Below are positions 38,781-51,337 of a stretch of 64,000 nucleotides of DNA, in pieces. Made by a program: the position numbers and the translations under genes. A model generated the notes under the pieces. The model had not been told where the DNA came from and did no database searches. It saw only the letters and a list, made by a program, of their open reading frames with translations. The first letter of the stretch is position 1. Every line of letters begins with the position of its first letter. The DNA lies in the NCBI RefSeq assembly GCF_902713615.1, contig NW_024055447.1, forward strand, positions 923,072 through 987,071, written 5' to 3'. Origin of the DNA: Scyliorhinus canicula. Taxonomy: Eukaryota.

Positions 38781-39247
38781 CTGATACCCTGTAAAAGGAG
38801 TTTACAGAAGTTTACACTGTCAGTAAAGGGCAGAAATTTAGAGCAGACAATTCTCGTTTCTGTTGGGTATTTTTTTCCCCTCTCTTGATTCCCCAAAGGT
38901 TTAACTCCGTCTCACAAACTCTCCTTCAATCATTTTCTCCGCTGGTCACTGGGTTGTTGAAGTTCCACCCAGTCTGTTCCCTCACCAAGATGGTCACACA
39001 CTTGCCCTGCTCGCTGAACAGTGCCAGATTTATAAGGTCATATGAAACGGCAACAGCGTGGGCCATTCAGCCCCTTATGGCTGATCTGATTCTGCCCTTC
39101 ATTCCACTTCTCTCCCCGTCCCCATAACCTATGACTGCCCAGTGGATCAAATATCAGAGCTACTAACTCAGCCGGTGACCCAGTCTTCCCTCCTCTCTGG
39201 GGAAGTGAATTCTGTTTTAAAATGCTGCTCAGACCCGTGTGTTCCTG

Positions 39248-39407
39248 AAGCCCCGCCCACTCCCTCTTTCCTCACAAAGCCCCGCCCACTCCCTCTTTCC
39301 TCACAAAGGTGTGGCCACTCCCTCTTTCCTCACAAAGGTGTGGCCACTCCCTCTTTCCTCACAAAGCCCCGCCCACTCCCTCTTTCCTCACAAAGGTTTG
39401 GCCACTC
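39248..39407. repeat. 29-bp promoter VNTR (5 full units plus a partial), followed by a YY1 motif
   Basis: Units aagccccgcccactccctctttcctcaca and aaggtgtggccactccctctttcctcaca. CAAGATGGC at ~39426. Confidence 0.85.
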
Positions 39408-40605
39408 ATGCAAACTACTTCCTGCCAAGATGGCAGCCGGTTGGCTGGGTAACCTGGGCCTGTCACTGGGGAGGAAGCCCTGCCTCATGATCTGTCCTGA
39501 CTCCCATCACAGGATGGTGGCCGGTGAACCCCGTTGCCCCGGGCCTGTCATCGTCGGCAGGCAGGGTAAACATGGGGCTTGAGGACTCCATGGAGGCAGC
39601 CACTCTCTCCATGACACGGTCTCTGGAAATTCAGACAGCCTCCAATTCTTCAAACATATGAAATAGGAGCAGGAATGGGCCACTCGGCCCCTCGGGTCTG
39701 CTCCGCCATTCAATAAGATAACGACTGATCTAATTGTAACCTCAACGCACATTCCTGCCCACAACTGGATAACCTTTCATCTCCATGTTGATCAAGAACA
39801 TATCTAACTCTATCTTAAAGATATTCAAAGATTCTGCTTTAATGTCTTTTGAAGATGCCGGTTCCAGAGACTCTCACCCCACGGAGAGAAATAAAATCTC
39901 CTCAGCTCCGTCTTTAATGAGTGACCCCTTCATTTTAAATAGTGACCCTGAGTTCTAGATTCTCCGGCAAGAAACATCTTCTCCACACCCACCTTGTAAA
40001 ACCCCTCAGGATCTGAAAGGATCGCCCAGTTTACTCTTCTAAACACCAGTAGATATAAACCTAACTTCTCCAACCTTTCCTCAGAAGGCAAGCAGAAGGG
40101 ACAATTTAGCGTGGCCAATCCACCTAACCTGCACATCTTTGGGTTGTGGGGGTGAGACCCACGCACACACGGGGAGAATGTGCAAACTCCACACGGACAG
40201 TGACCCAGGGCTGGGATTCAAACCCAGCTCCTCAGTGCCGTCATCCCAGTGTGAGCCACTGCGCCATATGTCACCTGATCAAACGTTTAATAACCTGTGA
40301 AACAGCTTGGGACATTTTATGATAAAGTTTCAGACTATAAACTTAAAGCTGCTGTTTCACTTTCAGTCAGGAACAGGTCCCAGTTTTACACCAATCTCGG
40401 ATTTGACAGCACGTTTCCATTATTCACCATTGTCCTTCCTGACTCTGAACACAGTGGTAAAGGAGCTTCTGTTCTGTGTCTAGTAGCTCTGAACCCTAGA
40501 GAGAGAGCGGCTGGGACACATTTCTTACACACCTCAGGATTAACCCACACATTCAGTCCTCAATTTGGTTACAGCAGCAATAACACAAGAATCCAATCAC
40601 TGCAG

Positions 40606-41448
40606 TCACCTGTGAACCCGTTGGTGTGTCAGCAGGTTAGACGACTGAGTGAATCCCTTCCCACACACTGGGCAGGTGAACGGTCTCTCCCCAGTATGAG
40701 AGCGTTGGTGAGTCAGCAGGTGGGATGAAGCAGTGAATCTCTTCCCACACTCGGAGCAGGTGAATGGCCTCTCCCCAGTGTGAGTGCGTTGGTGTTTCAG
40801 CAGGTGGGATGAACAAGTGAATCCCTTCCCACATACAGAGCACGAGAACGGCCTCTCTCCACTGTGAACTCGCTGGTGTGTCAGCAATGTAGCTGATCGA
40901 GTGAATTCCTTCCCACACAGGGAGCAGGTGAATGGCCTCTTTCCACTGTGAGTGCGTCGATGTCTCAGCAGATTGTCGCTGCTTTTAAAGCTCTCCTCAC
41001 AATCAGGACATTTATAAGTTCTCATATCGGAGTGAATACGCTGGTGTCTCAGCAGGTTGGATGAATTAATGAAGCCCTTCCCACACATGGAGCAGGTGAA
41101 CGGCCTCTCCCCAGTGTGAATTCGCTGGTGTACAGTCAGTTCAGATGATTTCCTGAACCCAGTCCCGCAGTGAGAGCACTTGAATGGTCTCTCGTCAGTG
41201 TGAACACGTTGATGGGACATCAGGTCCCCAGAACTTTTATAGCACTTCCCGCAGCCTGGGCATTTAAAAGGTTTCAGGTCAGTGTGAACTCGCTGGTGTT
41301 GCAGCAGGTTGGATGACTCTCTGAATCCCTTCCCACACATGGAACAGGTGAACGGCCTCATCCCAGTGTAACTGCGTCGATGAATTTCCAGCTGGGATGG
41401 CCAATTGAATCCCTTCCCACAGTCCGCACATTTCCATCGTTTCTCCAT
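40606..41448 (-). CDS. C2H2 zinc-finger protein, 10 fingers (first has H>Y)
   Basis: 280-aa ORF, Kozak ggcaccATGG. Intron 41738-42000 (GTAGGT...ttttacAG) upstream. Confidence 0.88.
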   Translation of the reverse strand: MEKRWKCADCGKGFNWPSQLEIHRRSYTGMRPFTCSMCGKGFRESSNLLQHQRVHTDLKPFKCPGCGKCYKSSGDLMSHQRVHTDERPFKCSHCGTGFRKSSELTVHQRIHTGERPFTCSMCGKGFINSSNLLRHQRIHSDMRTYKCPDCEESFKSSDNLLRHRRTHSGKRPFTCSLCGKEFTRSATLLTHQRVHSGERPFSCSVCGKGFTCSSHLLKHQRTHTGERPFTCSECGKRFTASSHLLTHQRSHTGERPFTCPVCGKGFTQSSNLLTHQRVHR

Positions 41449-43239
41449 GGTGCCAGAGTCCTTGTGTCTCTCCAGGTTGAAAGGTCAGTTAAATCGTCGT
41501 CCACACAAAATACATGTTTCTCCTGCTGTGAATATTTTTCAGGCTGTGCAACTGGTTAAAACTCTTTCCACAGTCCACCTACTGGAACACCCTCACTCGG
41601 GTGAGTGTGTCTCGGGGCTTTTCCAGTCACACTGATGTTTGAAATCTTTTCCCAGACAGAACAAACATTTCTCCTTCCATATAAAAAACGTGATGCATCA
41701 AATAGCTCTGTCAGATCTTGAATCCTCTTCTAATATCCTGTAAAAGGAGTTGACAAATGTCATTATTGTAAGTCCTGGATAGAAATTCAAAACAGAAATT
41801 CCAGTTTCAGTGGAACATTTTTGTTCCCCATCCCTCTTCCTAATGCAGAATGCAGTTAAGTTTATTTCCTCCACTCCCAGTTTTCCCTCTCCCACTTCTC
41901 TGACTGGGTTTACTTCTCCAGCTTCTGTTTGCAGACTGAGAATAAAATCAATGAGTCCATCATTTTCTCTCCAGGTCACTGGGGCCTGAAGCCCACCTAC
42001 CCAATATCCCTTCACTAAAATGGCCACACATGTACCCTGCTGGCTGGACAAGACTCCCCAAGCTCAGGGCAGTACGGTAGCGCAGTGGTTAGCACTGCTT
42101 CTCCAAGGCACCGAAGGCCCGGTTTCGCTCCTGGCCCCGGGTCACTGTCCATGTGGAGTTTGAACATTCTCTCCGTGTCTGCGTGCGTCCACCCTACAAC
42201 CGATGGCGGCCGGTTTCCAGGGTAGATTTCCTGCCGAGCCACCTCAGAACTTATTCACGGTCCCAAGGGATTGCCAATGAAATAGGAAGTCAGGACTGAT
42301 CAGGGAGGTTTCCTTTCTTCCAATTAAGGGGTGGCACGGTAGCACAGCGGTAAGCACTGTTTCTTCACAGTGCTGAGGTCCCAGGTTCGATTCCTGGCTT
42401 GGGTTACTGTCTGTGTGGAATCTGCACGTTCTCTCCGTATCTGTGTGGGATTCCGCTGGGTGCTCCGGTTTCCTTCCAAAAGACGTGTTGTTAGGTGAAT
42501 TGGACATTCTGAATTCTCTTTCTGTGTACCTGAACAGGCACCGAAATGTGGTGACTAGGGGCTTTTCCCAGTAACTTCATTGCACTGCAAACGTAAGACT
42601 ACTTGTGACAATAAAGATTATTATTAAAACAAAACCATAATCAGTCCTACCACAGACATTAAGCTACAGCGTGCAGATGTCTGACGTGTCTGTTCAGCCC
42701 ACCCAGCTCCCTTCATTTAATAACCCTTAATACTCTCATCTCACAAACTTCAATCAATCTCAGTTTTTAAACTTTCTACTGACAGAATCTGAATAGAATT
42801 CCAGGTCTCACGATATTTTCTATGAAGTGATTTCTGACATTGCTCCTGAACAGCCCAGTCTCAGTTAAACAAATAAATCTCACTGATTTGGACATTTAAA
42901 TAATGCCAATTATTTTACTCTGAACAGGTTATGTAACAAAATTTCAAAAACATAATAATAATTTGAGTAAAACACTGCGGAAGCTGGAAATGTGAAGTGA
43001 AAACAGAAAGTTGTGGAAATCCTCAGCAGGTTTGGCAGCTTCTGTGAAGAGAGAGTTAACATTTCCAATGCAATCTGATTCTTCTTCAGAACTGAGAGTT
43101 TGCAGCATTGTGGTTCCATCTGACAAACATAATGAATGTGAACTTTGTGGTTCTTACAGATATCTGGCTGTAAATCTGATTTCAGACCTTCCTCTGAACA
43201 CTTTGCAACCTCAGCTCCAACTCATTGTCTTTCACTTAG

Positions 43240-43650
43240 ACCTGGAAAGAAAATCCCGCCACAAGATGGCGTGGGTTGCCTGGGTGACCCGGGTGTTGTC
43301 ACCGGGGAAGAAGTCCCGCCCAATCTCTCCCTATCGAAGATGGCCGCCACAGCGCTCCGATCCCCGAAGAAAAGACCCGACTTCCATTTCCAAGATGGCG
43401 GCGGTTCCTCCGGGGTCTGTCACCGGGCAGGAAGCCACGCCAACTCCCTCTTCCCATACTAAGATGGCCGCCCCAGCGCTCCGCTCCAGGAACAAAACGC
43501 CCGCCGTCCTTTTCCAAGATGGCGGCAGGTCAAGCCAGACCCGGACTGCACTCTTCCTATTGGCCAGCAGCCACCGTCAATCACTCCCCAGCCATTGTGA
43601 GCGGGAGCATGCGCAGTGCAGGTATGAAGCTGGATTCAGGCGGGTGAGTG
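43240..43650. promoter_or_regulatory. CpG island with five YY1 motifs between head-to-head ZNF genes
   Basis: AAGATGGC at 43263, 43337, 43392, 43461 and 43516; GCATGCGCA; donor CGG|GTGAGT at 43644; acceptor at 43938-43939. Confidence 0.8.
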
Positions 43651-44289
43651 GAGGCCCCAAACCCCCAATAAGACCCATTGGTTTTATTGTCAGTCTGCAG
43701 ACAGGAGCTGGAGAAGTGAACCTAGGCAGAGGAGAGGGAGGGAGAAAACTGGGAGTGGAGGAAAGAGATGGTGAGATGGGTTTGGATTTCAGCCCAGGGA
43801 GGAGGGAGAGTGTGTGGGACGGGGATTTACAGCTTTGGGGGAACAAGAGAGGGAAAAATGTTCCAGAGAAACTAGAATTGTCTGTTCAGAATTTCTATCC
43901 TGGACTGACAGTGATGGCTTTTGTAAACTCCTTTTACAGGGGGTTAGAAGCGGAAGATTGGCTGACAGAAAACTCAGACCAAACATCAAGATCTGACAGT
44001 CACTCAATTCTTTCGAACCTGAATATCACAGTCTTTGAATGTGGAAGGAGTCACGTTTGTCTGTTCAGTTTGTGGGAAAAGATTTTAAACATCAGTGTGA
44101 TTGGAAAAGCACCGAGACGCACATACACAAAGTGTTCCATGAACTGACTGTGGAAAGAGCTTTAACCAGTTACATAGACAGAAAAACCATCACACCATTC
44201 ACAGTGGGGAGAAACCGTCCATGTGTTGTGTGTCTGGACAAGAGTTCAACTTGTCATTCAACCTGGAGAGACACAAGGACACCGGCACC

Positions 44290-45246
44290 ATGGAGAAACC
44301 GTGGAAATGTGGGGACTGTTGGAAGGGATTCAGTTACTCTTCTGAACTGGAAATGCATCGACGCAGTCACACTGGGGAGAGGCCGTTCACCTGCTCCACC
44401 TGTGGGAAGGGATTCACTCAGTCATCCAGCCTGCTGACACACCAGTATGTTCACACAGAACAGACACCTTTCAAATGTTCTGAATGTGAGAAGAGATTTA
44501 AAAGCAAAAAGTATCTGTTGAGACACCAACACATTCACAGTGAGGAGAAGCCATTCACCTGCTCCTTGTGTGGAAAGGGATTCACTGCTACATCAAACCT
44601 GCAGAAACACCAGCGAGTTCATACTGATAAAAGACCTTTTAAATGTCCAGACTGTGGGAAGTGCTTTAAAACTTCCGGGGAAGTGACCTGTCATCAACGT
44701 GTTCACACTGACGAGAGACCATTCAGGTGCTCTCACTGCGGGACTGGCTTCAGGCGATCATCTGAACTTACTGTACATCAGCGAATTCACACTGGGGAGA
44801 GACCGTTTACTTGCTCTGTGTGTGGGAAGGGATTTATTCAGTCTTATCACCTACTGAAACACCAACAAATTCACTCTGATATGAAACCTTTTAAATGTTT
44901 TGACTGTGAGCAGAGCTTTAGAAGCAGCAATGGTCTAGTGATGCATCAACGAATTCACACTGGGGAGAGACCATTTACTTGCTCGGTGTGTGGGAAGGGC
45001 TTCACACAGTCATACAACCTGCTGAAACACCAACAAATTCACTCTGATGTAAAACCTTTTAAATGTTTTGCCTGTGAGCACAGCTTTAAAAGCAGCGAGT
45101 TCACACGGGAGAGAGATTGTTCGCCTGTCCCGAGTGGGAATGGATTCACTGACTTACAGCTTGTGCTGAAACACCAGCGACTTCATGAGCATCTGCAGGG
45201 ATTGGATTCGGCTGTTTTTGCTGCTGTCAATCAGATCCAGTACTGA
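44290..45246 (+). CDS. C2H2 zinc-finger protein, 9 intact fingers, degenerate C-terminal fingers and a tail
   Basis: Kozak ggcaccATGG at 44290 (in-frame ATG also at 44221). An internal deletion affects finger 10. Ends LQGLDSAVFAAVNQIQY*. Confidence 0.85.
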   Translation: MEKPWKCGDCWKGFSYSSELEMHRRSHTGERPFTCSTCGKGFTQSSSLLTHQYVHTEQTPFKCSECEKRFKSKKYLLRHQHIHSEEKPFTCSLCGKGFTATSNLQKHQRVHTDKRPFKCPDCGKCFKTSGEVTCHQRVHTDERPFRCSHCGTGFRRSSELTVHQRIHTGERPFTCSVCGKGFIQSYHLLKHQQIHSDMKPFKCFDCEQSFRSSNGLVMHQRIHTGERPFTCSVCGKGFTQSYNLLKHQQIHSDVKPFKCFACEHSFKSSEFTRERDCSPVPSGNGFTDLQLVLKHQRLHEHLQGLDSAVFAAVNQIQY

Positions 45247-48200
45247 ATATGTGGGTTAATCCTGAGGTGTGTAAGAAACGTGCCCCAGTCGCTCTCTTCC
45301 ATGATTCAGAGCTCCGAGATACAGACAGAAGGCTCCTTTACAACTGTGTTTAGAGGCAACAAGATTAATGATGAATGCTGGAAACTGTAAGATTTTAGTC
45401 CAGTAGCCAGAGTTCACCCAAAAAGGGGGTCAATGTCAGTGGTGATTTTAAAGCAGTTTATGAAAAAAACAACAGTTTAGATTTGGTACATCAGCTAAAT
45501 CGGCAGAAAATAGATGTGACCCACAACATGTGAGAATGGATTACTGATCCTGGATCAACAGGATGCTGATCTCCAGGGCTGGAGGTGACGTTTACTGATC
45601 CCGGACCAGACACTCGGACAGATGGACCTGATCTCCGGGGCTGGAGGTGATGGTCTCCTCGGAATGGTTACTGATCCCGGATCAGACACTCGGACAGATG
45701 GAGCTGATCCCTGGGGCTGGAGTCTCTTGTGTTCTCCTTCCTCTGGATCCAGTCAGAGTGTTTGGTTTTAGTCTGAATCCAGCACCGATCACTTTGAAAA
45801 TCTTTCCTATCCAAAGTGATTTTCCTGTCGAACCATTTTAACCTTTATTCAGATAGTTGGTTTATATTTGGGTCATCAGATCCAAGCTTCTCCAGTTATG
45901 GAATCTGATTTCAGGGTTTGTGCCAGAGAGAACAGGCCTGTCCTGTGTGTGTCACCCAGCAAGCTGCTGTGGAAGCTTTGTTACTGAGAGCCACAGAGAG
46001 CTAATTCTGTTCATATTCAATGAATTTCTGACATTTATGAACATTAGATTAAAATTTACAAAATGTGCTGTCCAATCAGAGATTGGTGTAAAGCTGTGAT
46101 CTGTTCCTGACTGAAGGTGAAATTTCCAGCTGAGAATCTTCGGTCTGAAGTTTCCAAGTGTTTTTGTGACATTCCTGAGTTTTCCAATGTGCGGCAGCGA
46201 CAACAACAACTGGTATTTACCCATCAACAGGTTAAAATGTTGGAGACCCTTCACAGAGGGACAGAAGCTGTGTGGAAAAGGTAAGGAGACAGGTTTAGTG
46301 AGGGGTTTCCAGCCCTGAGGACCTCGGGAGGTGAAGGTGCCTCTGCCAATGGTGGAGTGAAGCAAGTCGGGGGAGCTGAAGGGGGTCAGAGTCTTTTCTT
46401 TGATTGTTTTATGGGATGTGGACGTCACTGGAAAGGCCGGGATTTGTTACCCATCCCTAATTTCCCTTCAGCTGAGTGGCCAGCTCGGTGCAAGTGTTAA
46501 CCACATTGCTGTGGGTCTGAGTCACATGTAGGCCAGACCAGGTAAGGACGGCAGATTTCCCTCCCTAAAGGGCATTCGTGAACCAGGTGGGTTTTTCCAA
46601 CAATCTATAGTAGTTGTCACGGCCGCTGAGACTAATTTTAGAATTCCTGGTTTATTAATTGGATTTGGGATTTGATCCCGTGTCTTCAGATCATTAGCCT
46701 GGATCTCTGGATCACTGATCCAGTGACATTACCACAATGCCAGCTTCTACCCTAATTGGAGGAGTGAGGGAGCTTGGAGGGTTTAGGGCTGGAGGAGGTT
46801 CCAGAGACTGTCTGTCATGGAGAGAGTGGCTGCCTCCATGGAGCTTCAAGCACGGCTCTGAAATGGGTCGGTGCAGGTCATGAACACGGCCGTGCCGGAG
46901 ATGTCTGCTGCCATGAACAGGATGACAGAAACTGTCAACACGTCACTGATCTCCCCCAAGCTGGTCAGCAGCAGAGTGCGAGGAATGATGTGACGCTGGT
47001 CCAGGAGAGGGAGGGTGGAGGAAGGAGACATGGAACTGGGAACTCCACTCAAAGAGGTCCCACCTTAGACCCATTCCCCCCCAAACCCACAGGCAGTATC
47101 TGACACGCCGCCCCGTCTCCAGCTGAATCTGCCAACACGCCGCCCCGTCTCCAGCTAAATCTGCCAACACGCTGCCCCATCTCCAGCTGAATCTGCCCCG
47201 TACAGGTACAGATGGGTCAGTCTGTCCCAGGACCCTCAGGGGCTCTGAAACCCAGAGGGTGAAGACCACAAGCCTCTGGGCAGTGAGAGGAGGAATGTGA
47301 GGAGCCTGTCTCTACCTCTGCTGAAACCACACGGGATGCACCAAGTAGAAGCAACAGGAAGAGTCTGGGCTCCAAATTGTAATTCACCAAGTGTCTGAAA
47401 TGGGGGTTTGACAAGATATGAAGTTTCTTTACTTAACACTGATGCACAAACTGTATTGACTGGAACCACTTCCAGCTCTTGTCCGTTCTTACATCCCGGG
47501 GCCAGCTCAGCCTTTCACTGAGTTCATGCTGAATGTGAATCCAGGCTGGGGGCCATTGGGTGGCTGTGCAATGGGAGGATGAGTGGGTGAAGGAATGTTC
47601 AGTGAACAGGGAGGAAGAGGGGGGTTGGTGCTGCTGGTGGGAAGTGTTCATTCTGAAGGAGTCCCACCTGAAACAGAGACCATTCATTTCTCACTTTGAA
47701 ATGATTGAGCTGCCGTCTTTCCCCATTCTTGTTCAGTTTTTCAATATTTATTTATTGAAATCTCAACTGAAACATATTCTTGTTGTGACCCTGAGATCCA
47801 GAGGATTATAAATCTGTTAAAGTCAATCCCCATCGAGTACACAAGACGACTCAACTGGTCCGAACTCTTTATGTCATAATTTTTTTTTAAACTAAATTTA
47901 GCGTCCCCAATTCATTTTTCCAATTAAGGGGAAATTTAGCGTGGCCAATCCACCTACCCTGCACATAGAATTAGAATTCATAGAATTTACAGTGCAGAAG
48001 GAGGCCATTCGGCCCATCAAGTCTGCACCAGCTCTTGGAAAGAGCACCCTACCCGAGGTCAACACCTCCACCCTATCCCAATAACCGCACCCAACACTAA
48101 GGGCAATTTTGGACACTAAGGGCAATTTTGGACACTAAGGGCAATTTATCATGGCCAATCTACCTAACCTGCACATCTTTGGACTGTGGAAGGAAACCGG

Positions 48201-48619
48201 AGCACCCGGAGGAAACCCACGCACACACGGGGAGGATGTGCAGACTCCACACAGACAGTGACCCAGAGCCGGGATGGAACCTGGGACATTAGTCCATAAA
48301 CTCCTCCACTTTTCCACTTCATTTTCCACCTTTAACACTCCCCTTATAACCAAACTTTTTGACCAAGACTTTGGTCATCTGACTCAATGTGTCCTCATGT
48401 TCTTGTGAAACTGCTTGCCACATTTTATTGTGTTAAAAATATCGATGTATACACAAGTTGTTATAGTTCAGTGAGATCTGATCATTGAATGAGTGAGTGA
48501 GTCTGTATAAATGTAACTCACACACACACTTTGTGTCATAGTTTAGTGAGATCTGATCATTGAGCGAGTGAGTTATTTGTTCGAATGCGTGTGAAGGAGT
48601 GCGATTGAGCCACAGTCGG

Positions 48620-49000
48620 AGTCACCAGTTTAAGGACAGGACGAGAGAGAATCTGGAGAGGGGAAAAGAATCAGGAGGAGACTGGAGACTGAATCTGGAA
48701 CGAGCAGAGAGGGAGGGGAGTGTGTGGGACTGAGATTCAGAGATTTGGGAGAATGCGCCATAGAAACTAGAATGGTCTGTTCTGAATTTCTATCCTGTAT
48801 TTCCACTGAAAACCTCTGTAAACTCCTTTTACTGGGAGTTAGAGGGAGAGGATTTGCAGACAGAAAATTCAAGTCAAAATCTTGAGATCTTTCAGAATGA
48901 CTTAATTTCATTATGAAAGCAGGAATGTTTGTTGTCTGTGGCAAATGATTTAAATCAGAATTGTGACTGAAAAAATCACCAGATACAAACACACAAACAG
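48620..49000 (+). pseudogene. ZNF 5' intron/leader relic, no fingers
   Basis: Matches the shared leader (catagaaactagaatggtctgttctgaatttctatcctg...gtaaactcctttta). The acceptor is mutated to ttttactg. Confidence 0.7.
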
Positions 49001-49049
49001 AAAAGAGACAGGGTCAAACATCTCAGGGTCAAACCTGACATCAAGTCGA

Positions 49050-50095
49050 GTTAGTGTCAGACCGTTACCATGGAGAGGAATGGAGCTGGTAGCTCGGGAA
49101 TTAAAACAATGACTTTGGTTTTCCCAATATTTAATTCATGGAAATTTCTGCACATCCACCACTGGATATCAGACAAACAGGCTCAGAATTTAACAAAGAT
49201 GGAGAGAGGTGGTGGTGAGGTGGAGCTGGGAGCTATCTGTAAATGTGACAACTGACACTGTCCAGATGGTGTTATTGTGGGGAACATGTGGACGAGAAAG
49301 AAGAGGAGACAAATCTGGATCCTTTGGGAACACCAGAGGTAACTGGGATTGGGAAGGGAAGACATTACAAGTGATTCTCTGACTCTGATTAGACAGAGAA
49401 GAATGGAACCAGGAGAGAGCAGCCCCACCCAGCTGGGTGACAGTGGAGAGGTGACGGAGCAGAATGGTGTGGCCGTCCTTGTCAAAGGCTGCAGACAGGC
49501 CGAGGACAGAGGGGAGGTTTATCTTTGTCACAGTCACAGCGGATGTCATTTGTAACTTTGATAAGAGTTGTTTCAGCTCGGTGACAGAGCTGAAACCTGA
49601 TTGTAGGGATTCAAACATTGCGTTCTGGGGAAAATGGACAGGGATTTGGGAGATGAGAGGGGTGCTAGCGATGGGGCAGTAATTTGTAAGGATGGTGGAG
49701 TCAAGGGTTTGCTTTTTGACAAAGGGTAGAATGACAGCAGAAGGGGAGGGTCAGTACCTGATAGAGAAAAGATTCAACGAAGTCAGTGAACATGGGGAAG
49801 TTGGTGATCAGTTTTGTGGGAATAGGGTCGATGGAGCAGGAGCTGGGTCTCATGGACAAGATGAGCTCTGAGAGGGCATGAGGGGAGATGGGAGAGAAAC
49901 TGGAGAAAGATGTGGGTTCAGGGCTCGAGAAAGGATGAAATTTAGAGACAGTTTGGTCCGGTGGGCTGGTGGAAGGGAGGGAAGCAGCAGAGGCAGCTGA
50001 TCGGATTGACTCAATCTCAGTCACAAAGAAGCTTCACAAGCTCCTCACACTTCTTGTTGGAGGTGAGGATGGAAGAGACAGGGGAGAGCGAGAGT
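49050..50095 (-). mobile_element. L2 LINE RT fragment
   Basis: LGLSAAFDKDGHTILLRHLS, LSWFHSSLSNQSQRI, PSSCSIDPIPTKL. Confidence 0.85.
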
Positions 50096-50298
50096 ATTTC
50101 AAAAGGAACTAGCTTGTGTCAGAGATATTAAAAAGTTTCAACACACTTCGTATTTAACATAAATCTAATTTATTTGACTTTTAGCCAGAATATTAGCCCC
50201 TGTAAATGGGCTGCAGTTTATTACCATCAGCAGAACCAGACCCCAATGAACACGGTTCAGTCCTGGGTGTGATTAACGAAAAATTCCAATCACTGTGG

Positions 50299-51337
50299 TT
50301 ATTTATGAACTCGCTGATGTCTCAGCAGGCTGGATGAGGTTGTGAAAGCGTTCCCACACTGAGAGCAGGTGAACGGCCTCTCCCCAGTGTGAACTCGCTG
50401 GTGGGTCAGCAGGTTGGATGACTGAGTGAATCCCTTCCCACACTTGGAGCAGGTGAAAGGTCTTGCGCCAGTGTGAATTCGGCGGTGGTCGGTGAGTTGT
50501 GATGATCGTCTGAATCCAGTCCCACAGCCAGAGCATCTGAATGGCTTCTCGTCAGTGTGAACACGTTGATGATACATCAGTTCCCAGGAACTTTTAAAGC
50601 CCTTCCCACATTCTGAACATTTAAAAGGTCTCTTGTCTGTGTGAACTCGGTGGTGTCTCAGCAGGGTGGATGAGGTAGTGAATCCCATTCCACACTCGGA
50701 GCAGGTGAAAGGCTTCTCCCCAGTGTGAATTCGCTGGTGTGTCAACAGCTGTGACAACTGAGTGAATCCCTTCCCACACTCGGAGCAGGTGAAGGGTTTC
50801 TCCCCAGTGTGAATTCTCTTGTGCGTCAGCAGGTCAGATGACTGAGTGAATCCCCTTCCACACTTGGAGCAGATAAACGGCCTCTCCCCGGTGTGAATCC
50901 TGTGGTGCACAGTGAGTTGGGACGATCGCCTGAAGCCAGTCCCACAGTGAGAGCACCTAAACGGTCTCTCGTCGGTGTGAATACGTTGATGGAGCATCAG
51001 TTCCTGGGAACTTTTATAGCATTTCCCGCAGTCTGAGCATTGAAATGGTCTCTCATCAGTGTGAACTCTCTGGTGTCTCAGCAGGTTGGCTGAAATAGTA
51101 AAACTCTTCCTACACTTGGAGCAGGAGAACGGTTTCTCCCCAGTGTGACTGCGTCGATGTGTTTCCAGCTCTGATGGAGAAATGAATCCCCTTCCCACAG
51201 TCCCCACATTTCCACGGCTTCTCCCCAGAGTGACTCCGCTTGTGTCTCGACAGGCCTGATGTTTGGCTGAATCCTCGTCCACACACACAACATGTGTACG
51301 GTTTCTCCTCACTGTGAGCGATGCTTTTTCCTTCCAT
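50299..51337 (-). CDS. C2H2 zinc-finger gene, 12 fingers, single +1 frameshift (pseudogene or assembly error)
   Basis: [19 protein letters not shown]... (ATG at 51337). An extra base in the C run at 51188-51191 joins the ORFs 51110-51343 and 50299-51312. Confidence 0.75.

Noticed and set aside
43011-44147. 378-aa ORF
   Set aside because: It runs through a PLE fragment, a CpG island, a canonical GT-AG intron and a ZNF leader. The KMA repeats are YY1 motifs. No domain is recognisable.
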